Numbered from the stretch's first letter, positions 29,501 through 44,017 are shown. The stretch is 64,000 nucleotides of DNA from Chrysomallon squamiferum (GCA_012295275.1 CM022679.1:18786001-18850000); one strand, 5' to 3'. Numbers and translations are program-made. Notes: generated from the letters alone by a model not told the origin.

Positions 29501-30742
29501 GGATACGACTGTTTACGGCTTGTTTACTTACCAGTAAATTTATTTTTAGTAAATAATAAGTGGACACAAGCAGAGTGAGGGAATCAACTAAATAAAATAT
29601 TTTTCTGTTTCATTTTTTAATAAAACGTTTTAGAATCACTGTCTTCGAAGCTTACAATCAGGGATATCGTAAAGTCAGTAAGTGATTTAATTTGACAGCT
29701 GTATTTCGCATTCAAGTTTTCAAATAACAATTTTTTATTTGTGTGCGGATGAAATACGTTATTAAATAAAACCTTTAAAGCTTTACTACGACATTACAAT
29801 ACATACGTTACCTCTAGCAGCTCTGTCATTAAATTTATGATGAGAGAAAAATAAGAGTAAATCAGTGAGAAACAGACAACTACGCGGAAAAACAGACAGA
29901 CAGGCCGATTTATATGTTGTATCTGTAGTTTGAACTGCAAAAAGACTATCTGACATTGAAAGTATGTAGATTACTATATGCATAGATTGTGAAACAGTCG
30001 ACATTAGACAGCAGATACTGACATAAACACAGAAAGAGTGACGAGTGGACGAATTTAAAGTAAGAGTAATAAAGAAGAAAGGTAGATTCAGTACTGGAAT
30101 AACAATTTTACTTCTGTTTTTTCACTGACTTGAAATAATGCGAATCACGTTTGCCGTGCCCGGCAAACGAATTACCGTAGAAAGGCGTTATATTAGTAAA
30201 TAAAATGAAAACCAACTGGGAACTGAACTTGGGAAAATGAATTAGATTCCGTGTGTTAAACAAAATTGCCATGTTTTTGTATGAGGGTTTCTAAATCATG
30301 TGTTATCAAAAGTACACTTTCAGTTTCCTTCAAACTATAGACTTTCATTTGATTTTATTACTTTCTCTCTCGTCTTTCCGAGTTTTTCGCTACCAAATCA
30401 AAAACAGAAAACGAAAAGGTATCATTAATTTGTTTCCTGTCCTATTGTTAAAAACAGGAATAATTTGATTTTAATAGGAAATAAAGTGTAATAGAAATCA
30501 TCATGAAAGTGGCTGTTGTCAGTTATTTTCTTCACATCGGCAGAAGCTTTTTTCTTCTTCTTCCTTTTTTAATTTTTTGTATTTGTTTTTTTTATCCTAA
30601 GATTGTGGTATTCTTTCATATTCTGTTAATTTCGAATGCTTTATTAAACTGCGATCGCAATTATGTATCTTGAAACCAAATTTTCTTTAATTTTTTTTAA
30701 TTTTTGTATTATTAGGAATTTGTTTTTTATTGGCATTATTTA

Positions 30743-30806
<64 letters not shown>

Positions 30807-31052
30807 TAGAGAGATATTCCCAATGTCAATAAAATCTATCTATCTATATATATAGATATATTAATTATTATCATTATTATTTATTATTTTACTAAATTGA
30901 TCTTTATGCACGTTTTATACCACAGAATGAAAATCGGAGGTAGAAATAAATTATTTTATAGAGCGTCCGAAGTTACCTCCCTTATTCAGATATCGAGATT
31001 TTTAATTACGAGTTTTTGAAAGGACTCTTTTGGGAGAGTATATATATATATA

Positions 31053-32207
31053 TACTCTCCCAAAAAAGAAACGCAAAAGTAGATTTTATTGACATTGGGA
31101 ATATCTATCTAATGGATCATCAGAAAGCAGCAGAATGTTCACATTTTACACACACTTTCGCAATTCACATTGATGGTATTACATTGAAAAGGTTAAAGTT
31201 CAAGGTTATAACAGTATAATAGCAATACCTTACTCATAATTGGAGCGACGTGTGGCTGCAAAATTTCATCTCGGCATCTCTGTGCCGTTAAGTTGCCTTG
31301 GATGTGAACCAGGTTGGTCCTGCCAGTGTATGAGATTGCTGCCCACACCATCACACTACCACCGCCAAATCTGTCCGCTTCCTGTAAGCAGTTTGCAAAA
31401 CGTTCACTACGACGTCTGTAAACTCGACATCTTCCATCAGCTCGACGAAGCAGAAATCGAGCCTCGTCATTAAACCAGACGGTTCTCCATCGTAACTGAG
31501 GCCAGACTCTGTGCAGTAGTCGACGATGTTGTTGAGTCAAAACCACTCTTCTTATAGGCCGTCTGGTTCGAATACCTGCCTCGCGTAAACGATTGCGCAC
31601 TGTCTGAGCCGATATTCTACGCAGACCTGGTATTGCTGAAGCAGTAGAGGTCGCTATGGTGGTTCTTTCCCGTAGATGAAGTACCCGTATGTAGCGGTCC
31701 TGGGCCCTGGTGCTTACACGAGTTCTACCTGATCTGGGACGGTCACGTGTTGTTTGGTGTTGCTGGAACCTATACCACAATCTCAAGATGGTGCTTGGGG
31801 ATACATGGAACACCCGGGCTACGGCCGAGAAGGATTCGCCAGCTTGTAAACGGCGGATGGCGTTGTTTCGTTGCGGTTCACTTAGTCGTGGCATTTGTTT
31901 GATGTTGGGTCAGAACAAAAATAAGGAACAGAAGTATTCGAAAACCTTGCATTTTTATAACCCTCGTATTCAGTTTCCTGTGCCGCACGTGCACATGCAC
32001 TGGTAACGTGTTTTGCATGCGGGGACGTTTTGGCTAATAAACACGATTATAACCTTTATTTTGTGTTACATTCTTTTTGGTGACTGTAACAAAAGCTATA
32101 CGTTTGAATCACCAAATGTCATTATATTCATAGTTTGTACATTTATATGTGTCAGTTTACAATAGTTATCTAAGAAATCAACCATTTTGCGTTTCTTTTT
32201 GGGGAGA

Positions 32208-32210
<3 letters not shown>
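31053..32210 (-). mobile_element. Tc1-like DNA transposon, internally deleted (1158 bp)
   Basis: About 26-bp TIRs (TACTCTCCCAAAAAAGAAACGCAAAA versus CACTCTCCCCAAAAAGAAACGCAAAA), flanked by TA within (TA)n runs and enclosing the transposase ORF. Confidence 0.92.
31193..31894 (-). pseudogene. Truncated Tc1 transposase (233 aa)
   Basis: Paired-like HTH, DRPRSGR linker, second HTH (ISAQTVRNRLREAG), VWFNDEARF (first D) and GGGSVMVWAAI are present. Similarity ends at ILQPHVAPIM, before the QQDNA (second D) and SPDLNPIE (E) motifs. Confidence 0.9.
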
Positions 32211-32243
<33 letters not shown>

Positions 32244-32556
32244 TTATATATATGCAAGGGAATTAAGCAAGAGAAGCCAAAGAAACGTAGTAGAGTTACT
32301 GAACATGATTCTTTTCAGAAATTTCGAACAGACTTGTTTTGGTTTTTTTACCTTCCCCCTTCCCTCGATTCAAATTATTCTCATTTGAAAGTTTAATCAG
32401 TACACGTCTTAGAAAAGCTTGAAATAAGCTCATGTATTTGGAAATATGTCTATTTCAGCATTTGAATAAATTAAAAAAACAAAACAATCTAACATCACAA
32501 CCTGCCTTTTATTTCTTTATTTAATTTCTTTATTTACTTTTTTATTTATTAACAAA

Positions 32557-32655
<99 letters not shown>

Positions 32656-32777
32656 TGTTGTTGTTGTTGTTGTAACTTTAGTATTTTATGATAATATTAT
32701 TTATTACAAGAACTTAAAAAATAAAACGCAATACTTACGATATTATTCTCTAAATCTTTTGTATCCTTTCCCCTCGA

Positions 32778-32836
<59 letters not shown>

Positions 32837-35800
32837 TTTTTTTTCGTGTGCACTCCCCGTACACATTTTCACATTTTATTCAGTTTATAATTCTATGTAC
32901 TGGCATGTCATTTCATTCAATTATTATTTTCTCTCTTGCGATGATTACATATTTCATTTCCACATTGAAATTAATCTTTTGGGAATTTTTTTTTTTTTTT
33001 TTTTTTTTTTTTGACTTTCAGTTCAGTAAACTTGCAAGTAAATGAAATGATTAAAGTGAATCCATCCGAGTCTGTGGTTAACTGAAACGCTAGAAGATAA
33101 GAATTGCGTTTGCAGTACTAGAAGATACAATTAGTTTTCGCATACAGTATTTGCTATACTGTGTTCGATGTATGCATTTTTCTGTGAGTTCACGTGTCTT
33201 CCTGACTTATGACCTCTTCAGAAGTGATTACATCACAATGAGTTCATCAACTTGGGAAATGCTGCCGATTAATTAGTCGCCAGGGATTCATCTATATGAT
33301 TAAAATAATTTATTTTCTATATCATTTGGTGCCGCAATTTATTATTACTTTATAAAATATATGTATATTCTGCCTATTACGTCTGATGTTTTGATTTCGG
33401 TTAATTAATTATTGGCTTCTTGTTTCTGTATGTGTATTTGCTGGTGCATGAACACTAATACGTACTCAGTCAGCAAGGGCATGGAATATTTGAAATTAAT
33501 CAGTACCCTCGAAACTAATCAATAACAGCATGGCAATTTATTTTAAATAAATTTAGGTTTTATTGTAGACTACAGACCCTATTATTTTAAAAATTGTTTA
33601 AGATATTTATGTTAAAAAAAAGAAAAATCAACTAAAAAGAAAAAAAAAAAAAAGAAAGAATAAACACATTTTGTTTCCAGTTAAATATTTAGAAAGCAGG
33701 ACATAATTTGTTTTCTAGGAAACAATCATTTTTGTTTAATAATATAATTTCTATGTATCATATTTTTTCTTTTTGTATCATTCGCTGAGTATTTAGTTGG
33801 TCTGTTACTGTGAACAGATATCTGTACTTTGTTAATACAGCTTTGTATCTGCTGGTCCGTTAATCATGCATCTGGAGATAATATTCTGAACCAGGTTAAA
33901 AACAAAATTAAGATTTATGTTTCTTTCATACGGATGCTTCTGCTCTATACATTGTGTACTGAGCTCCTTCGAGCTACAGTCCGACATTAGATATTTACTA
34001 CTCCATCTGCGGAAATTTCTGTCTCTTCTCATAAAAGAAAATATAACTATTTCAACACCACGGGTTATTTGAGCAACAGTCTTCAGTCGGGAATAACTCG
34101 TTTGGCGCTCGCATTTTTCATGTATCTTTCTAAGCATCATTTCGTCTGATCAGAGAAATCAATAACTAATCTAGCCGACCTCAATCAAGCAGCCTGTAAG
34201 AAGATTTAAGATGTAATTCTGACGTAAGGAGACACTTCGGACACTCGAGACTTCTATAATTGAAAGATAAAGCAAGTGGCAAGTTGACAAAACCCAACCA
34301 GAAATATTTGCTTTAAAATGGTTGCCAGTTTAGTGTCGGTTTGCCGGCTGTAAAATCTTACCGTATTAAGAATCTGTTTGATTTGTTGTTATTCACTGAA
34401 TTCAGTGGCATTAAAATAAGTTAACCATCTATAATCAGCTTTCTAAGTAACACATCTTTGAAGAAACATTTGAAATATATATATATTTCACGATTCGAAC
34501 ATACACATACATATACACGTTCGAATGATTAAAGATATTAGTATATAAAATAAGCTCACACATAAAGACACCTACTTAAAGGTTACGTTATGTAATTCAC
34601 ATCATTTTTCAGTGATCACACGATTTTTAAAGAAACTTTAAGAAATATATAATGCATTTGGGTTTTAAACTTCTTAACATTTATATCATGTTTCTGGCTG
34701 TTAATGTCCTTCACTACCAACTGGAGGTGTACATTAATCCTTCGAGTCTCTTTAGTTAGGTTTGCTACAAATGGCGGAAAACATATATCATAAATAAAGA
34801 ATAAGATACGGCAATAGTACTTACTGAAACTTCAGTAATGAAATTCCCGTGTTTTAAACGAAATGCTATGTATCAATAATTCGACCAAGATCGGAATCCC
34901 AAATAATAAAACATATACATTATTTACATAATAATCACATGTATGTAATATATATAATGTGTGTGTTTCCCCTTTTCCATAAATACTGTTGTGTGATGAC
35001 CCAAACAATAACGCAAACAATATATGTATGTATATGCATGTATGTATGTATGTATGCATGTATCCTTCGACCATTGTACGTAATGGCAAGATATGATTAG
35101 TATATAAATATCTATATTTTTCACCACTGACCAGCAGTTTATCTTTTTGGTACGGAACTGTATTTATTAGATATATTATTACTTATAATATATTGTTCAA
35201 AGCTACTTCTTTTGTGTTTAACTGATGGTTCAGATCTTAATTAGGTTTTTATTTAAACAAGTAAATAGTTATTGTCTTAGAACTATCAAAAATTAGGCTC
35301 GAGAGCGGTGAGTTGATAAATAAAACAACTAATTTCATTTACTTTTAGGATTACAGGATAAAAGAAATAAGAAAATAACATCCCTATTGTTTGTTAAATA
35401 AATTTACTTCAAATATTTACATTCATTCATATCTACTGTGACATTTGATATTAAGTTTTAAAAAGTGAATTGTTTAGGTAATCTGAATGCAATGTTATCT
35501 TAAAAGATAATCATTAAACACATTGGCATATTTTATTGTAATTACCTGCACAAATCAAAACAAATGGAAATACTGTTTACAGTGGCTAGGCAATTAAACA
35601 CAGAGATTTTATTTTATTTTATTTTATTTTGAAAAGCATCAGCATTTTATTCCATTTCACGTTGTTAAATACAAAATCAGTTTAAATAACAAGGCGTATG
35701 GTGTACTGTTGCTTTTTAATATTATGTAACAAAACATTTCAGTTTATATCAGTTGCTTTAGAAACAAAGAATAATAATTTTACATCGACATAAAATGACA

Positions 35801-36156
35801 GTATGCCTATGTTTGTAAAATATAGGCTAGATCTGTTTTAAAGCATTAACATTGTATCATAATCAGAATTATTTATTTATTTTGTTGTTTGTTATTGTTC
35901 TTGTTTTAAAATGAATGCAATCTATTCAGACAAAATCAGTGAGTTTAAATTAATATGGAGACATGCTAATAAATAAATAATAAACAAACAAGACATCAAC
36001 AAGACATCAAATAAATGACGGTTATTTAAATAATTGTAATAATAATCTTCTTTAACGATGAATGGTTAAATGAAAATAACAATATTCACTGATTTCAAAT
36101 TAGACCAAAAATAGAATGAAACCACTTCCACTTTAGAATTTTGTGTAAGAATAAAC

Positions 36157-36246
<90 letters not shown>

Positions 36247-36846
36247 CTGTGTCTATCTGCCTCTGACTGTGTCGTTTTCCTCTTTTCCTCTGTCCGTATC
36301 CTTCCGTCTTTTTAGTTCGGTAGTTTTATTATTACGGCTGCAGCAGGATCGCTAAACGATTACCTTAATAGACAATATATCGACGGTCTGCTTTTGCCAA
36401 CGTCTCTGTGGAATGCATGTTGCAGGATGCTTGTTGATTATAAGCCTTAATAATATCTCGCAGAGATTTCGTTTAGTTAACTCCAGTTCTAATTAGATCT
36501 CACAGTTCTGTGGCACCCAGGGAAAAAGATAACCCACTATAGCGATACTATGAAGCGTTACCAGTTTTGTCAAGATGTGTTCTTCTAACAGAAAGCATGA
36601 AATCTGGTGTATGAGATAAAGGGTTTCAAGGTATTTTAAAATATTAAATTTAAAGGCAAACAAATAGTACGGGCAACATTATAATAGTTCACAATTATAA
36701 TTAGTTGTCAAGTTAAGCAAGTTTAGTCCTTTTTCAAACATCTTTTATATTTTATATATGAAAATTAATAAGATAATTTATTTTATGCCTTAAAGGGATG
36801 GAATTTTGTTTCTTTTTAAACAGGAACTAACACTGGTAGCATTATG

Positions 36847-36899
<53 letters not shown>

Positions 36900-37296
36900 T
36901 AGGACTATTTCATGTTAAATAACAAACCGTAAAAATATACAGAAGTTATTTCTTTCTAAAGTTGTTATTAAATGACAATATAAAAAAAAATAATAACATT
37001 TGGATATACGTATTATATTGTATAAAATGATACACACTGGATACAAAAGGATACATTTTTGGTCAAAAGTACGAAGCACACCATTTTCTAGTACAATAGA
37101 CCATATATCAAATACAAATTATCTAAATGAATGACAAAGTAGTTATTACACAGCCGATGGAAAAATATGATTAAACAAAACAAACAATTTGGAATGCAAC
37201 AATTATGACGTCTTCAGATTGTCTCTGTTGGTCTTATATAATATCATAGAAGCATGCGCTGAAGCAGAAAAGACAATGTACAAGCACGGAGACTGA

Positions 37297-37725
37297 TTAG
37301 TACCCTTTCCTTTTGACCATAGCGAAATGTGTTAACTGTAAATCTCCTTTGCGTTTATCTCCGCGTTCTAGTGTTCCTGTTACACAGTAGCCGAGCTGGA
37401 AATCCGCTTGGCTCACATTCGTTGTCAGATGCATTCTAAAATCCGGCTGGTTAGCAAGCTGTTTGAATCTGCCGTAGATCATCATGGACCCGTTACCTTT
37501 GTCTACCATTTTACCCTTGGTAGTTGTCTTTTTTGACCCAGTCACCTCTACAACTTTGCACTTGGTCCTGCTCCACCAGTAAGTTTTGAGGATCCAGTAT
37601 GTAATCAAAGCTGGCTGAGCCCATCCCTCATATGGAAAAAGAAGAACTTTGGCCGGATATCCTTCATAGCGAAATACCTTTCTGCAGCATTTTCCTCGTG
37701 TTTCATAGTAAAACATCTGTACCAT
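37297..37725 (-). CDS. Uncharacterised 142-aa basic protein, single coding exon
   Basis: Non-repetitive ORF, visibly more GC-rich than its flanks, with globular-protein composition; ATG preceded by an in-frame TGA five codons upstream; acceptor tgttttcattttag 67 nt upstream of the ATG (exon starts at 37792). No family recognised. Confidence 0.75.
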   Translation of the reverse strand: MVQMFYYETRGKCCRKVFRYEGYPAKVLLFPYEGWAQPALITYWILKTYWWSRTKCKVVEVTGSKKTTTKGKMVDKGNGSMMIYGRFKQLANQPDFRMHLTTNVSQADFQLGYCVTGTLERGDKRKGDLQLTHFAMVKRKGY

Positions 37726-38584
37726 ATTGTGATGATTTCAGAATTTTATCTCCGAAGTTTCAAATCAGAATTCTATTTTCCCTTCACATTATCTAAAATG
37801 AAAACATAAATATTACTTTGACGAATGAAATTAACAAAACAGAAATACTGAATGTTTTTTGTAGACATTTAAATTACAAAAGCAATAATATTGGTGTACA
37901 GTTCTTTATTACCAGAAATAATAAGAAATGTTATAAATCCGGGTACAGAGATAAGCGGCGTAAGAGTCATAACAAAGACATAATTTAGTTCTTATCACGT
38001 TTCAATGCTACAGCTTAATAACAGCGCCAGAACTACTGGTACTGATGTTAGAATTTCCTGACATTAATAACGCTTTTCACTGTGAGGATTCTAATGTGGT
38101 TTGCTATGTGAAAGGAATTAAGAAAAATCTAAGTTTCCTGTGTCTTTCAATTCAATCTTTCGATGCAACGACAGTTCCTTCGATCCACTAACTTTCTTAG
38201 ATCCAATAACGTGGCCTGTAATGAAAACTGTCGCGGGCGAAATGAAGTTGACGAACGTTCAGATAAGAAGATGGATTTTATGAGTGGTTTTAGTTTTCAT
38301 TTATTCCGCGCTTAGAAAGTCTCAAAGATGATGCAGTGGAAATATTTTATAGAGCGAGAAATTGACTTTCAGTTCTTATAACATTTAAATTTAAATGTGT
38401 TTTTCATTAAATATAGATTAAATATAAATATTTCATAATAAACTGTCAGCAGAATGATATCTTTTATTTTTAAATAAATGCCTTCTAACAAAAAGTGAAA
38501 TACTAATATCAAATAAATTATATAAATTTATATTCATCTATTACTGTTATTATTTTATTATTATTATTATTATTATTGTTATTA

Positions 38585-38630
<46 letters not shown>

Positions 38631-40077
38631 TTAACTGTTGATATATAACAACCTTTGACTCTTCAGCAAAATTTTAACAACAACAGTAATAAGTTTGGTT
38701 GTTTGTTGAACGACATACCAGCAAGGCTATTGGGTGTCTAGATTAGTAATGAATTTAATCATTGCTAGAAACTTTTCACATTTTTGTACTTCCCCGTTCA
38801 GAACACTTTTTTTTTTTCACTTAATTTCATATTTAATGTTTTAATTAATTGATTTGATCGTTTTTCTGGTTATAAATTACTACACTTTTTTACTAAATTT
38901 TATTTATTTCTCTTTGCAAACTTTATTATATTGTATTATAATTCATTGCTATTACGTTAATTATCTTATACTGCTTTTAAAAACAAGCCACATAGTTATA
39001 TAAACACAGTATTTATATAGTTACAGATTAATGTTATTGCTCTCAATCACTCTGCTACAAACAGCAATTCACATTCTATGTTGTCTTTCTTATAATGGTT
39101 GTCAAGGGAGACGTATGCTGCACAAACTTGAAATTAAAAAATTAAAATTAAAAGGATAATAATAATAAAAAAAACACCAGTGCAAAGGCAGTAAAACCGT
39201 GTAAAAAAGGGTACACAAGGGGTTTAGTTAATCTTTTAATTAGGACAGAGTGGTGAAAAGAAATAACTGATTAATTAAGTAATGAACGACCCTGTCACGG
39301 ACGTCATAAAACGCGTTGTTATCCGTTTCTTACCGACCGCTGACGGCGCAAGCCATCGATTTTAGCGTCTTGTTCGTTAAGGATTTGTTTTCGAAACACT
39401 GGTAATGACTAGAAGAACAGCCCCAGAGACGTTTTCGTTAGTTTTCTTACTTCCTCTGGGAGAAAAACACAAAATGCTTTCCAGCAGTTCTTTGTATAGT
39501 GAATATTAAACGCATTTTATATGTATGTACATTCGAAAAAGAATGTTTACGGCTGATAAAGAACACAGAAATATTTCACAGAATTATGTGTAAACAAACA
39601 AACAAAAAAAAACCCAGCTGACACCACAGTGACTTCAGCATGTAAGAAAAGTTAATGGGAAAAAAAGCGATTTATTTAATAATATTTTTGTATTTATATT
39701 TATTTTTCAAATTTTTAATTATTACTTTTATTTTTTTAACGCTAGGAGGTTTTAATCATTTCATAATAATTACATGTAGACTTGTGTACAAATGAAAGTG
39801 CACGTATACTCTTACATACAGACAGCACAGAAAGCAGTTTACATAATTTGTATCAAAACACACAAACAATCAAGTTAACACATATACTAATACACATATG
39901 AACATTTATAACCATGAACCTGCACTTGCACAAATCCGAATACACAAGGCTGAGATGTAACGAATTTAAAATATTTGTGAAAAAACTAACATAAAAGATA
40001 CTTACAGCTCTTCCCATTTAAAACATCAGGTATACTCCAATTGAAATAAAGTTGTACGACTATCAGTTAACACATAA

Positions 40078-40116
<39 letters not shown>

Positions 40117-40309
40117 ACAAACAAATAAAACATATGACTACAGATAATGAAATAAAATATTTACAATACTAAAATAATATTTCTTACAATAATATGAATC
40201 CGGCAATACTATGTTTTTTCTTTAACTTCACCAGATTACAGTATTACATTCAGATTATAAGTGATATGCGATATTTTAGCAAAAGAAACTCACCTCATTG
40301 TTCACTTAC

Positions 40310-40540
40310 ATGGGAAATCCTGCGACGTCGTCCACTGATGATCAAGCAAGGAGTCTGCGTGGAGCAAATGAGTGCAGCACGTTCCCGGAGAGTCGTGTCT
40401 TCATACATTACTATCTTACAGTCCTCTCCTCTTTCTTTGGACCAATTACATTTCCTTATTCTTTAGTAAGACGTTCATCTCACGGTGCCGTTAAAACCCT
40501 CAGTGAAATTGGATGTCGACAGAATCGGTACTGCACAGAT
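40310..40540 (-). other. Candidate non-coding 5' UTR exon of the 142-aa gene
   Basis: Consensus minus-strand donor CCCAT|GTAAGTG at 40310/40309, at the edge of a GC-richer block. A second donor, GAGCT|GTAAGTA at 40006/40005, could close a 54-nt exon (40006-40059). The upper boundary is a guess. Confidence 0.4.
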
Positions 40541-41835
40541 TAATGTATACCTTTGACAATGAATATTCAGCAACCAATCAATGAATTTGAAATCGTTTAT
40601 TTTCTCTAACTACAAACGTCACATCAAACTTAGTTCATATTCAGTAGTTGTTGATGCACCTTGATCTGTGGAAAGAATGGTTCGCTGACGCTGTGTTCCA
40701 GTTATCGACGTCCAGTGCTTCAGTGTAGATGGTGACTGCACGGAAGCGAAGCGGATTCACTAATGAAGGCAACTTGCCGCTCATGCACTTTTCTCCTGGC
40801 GATGTTGTCAGATCAGATTAGTCTTCACTTCGATTGAAAGTAATTCGCCGAGACTGTATTGCACTTTATCCGAAACCGAACAACGGAGATGATAACATAA
40901 TATTCGTTTCTCTTTCTGCTCTTTTAGTTCCCGTTTTATTTATTTCTCACTTTCTTAATAGAAAATCCTTTGAAGAACATAATATTCACATAATTGTTAG
41001 CTCTCCTTTTCGATTAAATTAACAGATTTTCTGTCAGGACTTCTTTTGCCTATTTATCATGCATTTATTTTCTGTTTAAATGCAGTGTAACACCTTTCTC
41101 CATTATCTTTATTTAATGGAAGAAGTATTGTTAATTTCTGTACTATTGTGTCTGTGATAAAAGCCACTGCATGACTTCATTCATGCATGCTTTCTTTTTA
41201 AGTAATGTCAATTAAAAAGGCAGGCAAATACCTATACGGTCACATAAATTAGAAGTATCAAAACTGCAGTCATTAAAAAAATAATAATAATTTAAAAAAT
41301 AACCTGTTTCGCGAAAATCGTAGCAACTGAAAAATTTTATGTCTGAAAGCTTCCGAATTATTTATTCTTGAAACTAGTATCATATCCAACATTTTTCATT
41401 TTGTTCGCAAGCACAAGTTTCTTGTACATAAGCCTTCTATCGCAGAATAATACTCATTTAGATATCTGCCTAAAGCTACTTTAGTATTAGGATCTCGAGT
41501 CGATCAATACTTCTTACATTCTTTTGGCATCAACATATATCTCCTAGTGCCTCATCTGCACGACGTTGTCACAACAAACTTTTCTCAAAATAGCAGAAAG
41601 AATCTGCTTCTTGTCTTTGTTGTGGAAAAATTCACAGTGCGCTTCAAATCATGATTGACATTAGTGAAAGCACAAAACTACCCATTTCATAACGTATCGA
41701 TTTACACTGTAAGTGAGGTTTCTCTCTGCTAATCTCAGAACAGTAATACAATAATGAAATGTATAAAAAAAAAAAAAAAAAGATTCAAACAATTACTCTA
41801 CTTCTACTACTACAACTACTAGTACTACTACTATT

Positions 41836-41871
<36 letters not shown>

Positions 41872-41890
41872 TATTATTATTATTATTATT

Positions 41891-41924
<34 letters not shown>

Positions 41925-43940
41925 TTGTTTTCATCATACAATTATTTTAAATTATTACAAACATATCTGACATATAACATGTATTTTACGTTTGTGTATA
42001 TATGCAGAGATATAAAGGCTGTGTTATTTCCTGATTAATACTCTACTTAATTCTGTTTTGTTCGAAATCTCTCTATATGATTAGCTGTCAGTTGATTATA
42101 TTCTTGTATAGCTATCTGTATGTTTATCTAACAGTAAACTGAATTTGTTTATACTTACACAGGAGTTTTCTACATTTTTGATTACGAGATTTAATGACAG
42201 TGTCGGAGACGTTGTACGCTGAAACAACTCATTTCATATAAGATAACAATGAACTGGCGTTGAACGTTTTCAGAATGGCTTTCTTTCTTCGATTTTTCTC
42301 TGTTTTTATATTAGCTGCGACTAATCACCTTTGTAGCATTTGTTGTAAATCTACTTTAACACTACAAATCTTTGCCAGTCGTCGGCGAGAAATTAAACCT
42401 ACATCATTACAACATTTTAGCCAAAATATTCCGTGCTAAATATAATTTTATTTGTTTTATGCGTGTTTTAATTGTGAAAACAGGTCGGTGAAAATTTCGT
42501 TTACCCCTGTCAACCATGTGTACTGCACCGTAACAATATGTCCGCGATAGTCTAAATAATACTAATAATATATCCGGGAAGACTAATGTTTTATCATTTT
42601 ATTATTTTTTTATTTTTTGCTGAAATACTTATATTGTATGTCTTTGTCACGGAACATGAAATTCTGTACTTTATCTTCACAATTCATTCTAAGTTTACTG
42701 AGCCATGATAGGTCAGTTTAATAGTAGAACTGTTTTTGTGTGTTAGCGAGATTTTAAACATCGACATTGTTGTCAGAATATACTAGAACCACAAAATACA
42801 ATCAATCACACACTGAAACACGTGACAGACTAGACAATATCAGTTTGATTAAAATGAATGTGCGCAGCTCGTCCCTGAGTTGCTGTTTCACGAGATGAAC
42901 TGGTTTTATACGATTCATCACTGAAACTGTAACGCAAAATGGATAATTAGCGCAGAGTATATGGTCAGTGCCAGGACTGATAAATTCAGTATGTTTTTAA
43001 ATTAACGAAATATATATTGTCTAGGTACAGTCGTGATTGATGAAAAAACCTTAATTACAGACCTAATAGTTTTACAGATTTTAGAAATAGACTCTGCTTA
43101 ATGGTATCAACCTTTGCAAAATACAAATTCTCTCTATTTTACATTGCTAGAGCCTGAAAAGATTAATTTCTGATCATTGATTATATTTGGTGTTGTGTTA
43201 CAGTTAACTGAGATAATTTTTTGTAGGTGTTGGACCACTCAAAAGAAATGTGTGTCTAGCACATTTACCCTGCAATAAATTACAGTCATATAAACATTAT
43301 TATTCAGAAGATAAAGTCACTAAGTTACAGTAAATATAAAAAAGAGTATGAATTTAAAGAAAAAAGGAATAACTAACTGAATGTTGGTTTTACATTAACA
43401 ATTATTATTATTAGTAGTAGTAGTAGTAGTAGCAGTAGTAGTAGTAGTAATATTGTTGCTGTTGTTTTTGTTTTACATGTTGATAGAACTTTATATTTAT
43501 ATGTTCAAAGTGCATTTTACCGGAAAGTTCCTAGTAATCGTTATAAATGTATGAGTATTTGTACTAACACTTGATTACACGCAATCACGATCACTTTACT
43601 CGATTAATTTTTATTTCAGTTTTATTTTTTTATTTTTTTTTTTTTTTTTTCATACTTAATATTTTTTATTGCAGTTATACCAGTTTGTTTTAAAACTACA
43701 TACACACCTGTGAGAAAAACTGTAATTTTATCGTTTCGATTTCTGTATCTTAAACATTCCGTCGAGTTTCCCGCACTATTTTACCTAACTGTGGAAGTGA
43801 AATTAATAGTACTCCACTGCAGACCATGGGAAACTGTTGATTAAAATTGGAGTTATTTTAATTAGACTTTGGGGCTATGTTACACCACAGTTTTTCAGCG
43901 CGAAATGTAAAAAAAATAAAAAAAAAAAAAAAAAAATAAA

Positions 43941-44017
<77 letters not shown>

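Noticed and set aside
33832-34140. 102-aa minus-strand ORF as a further exon of the 142-aa gene
   Set aside because: It lies beyond that gene's stop codon, has no recognisable motif, and I found no convincing splice boundaries.
37297-37725. Identification of the 142-aa protein as Pinhead or another secreted BMP antagonist
   Set aside because: No signal peptide and no Cys-rich repeat pattern.
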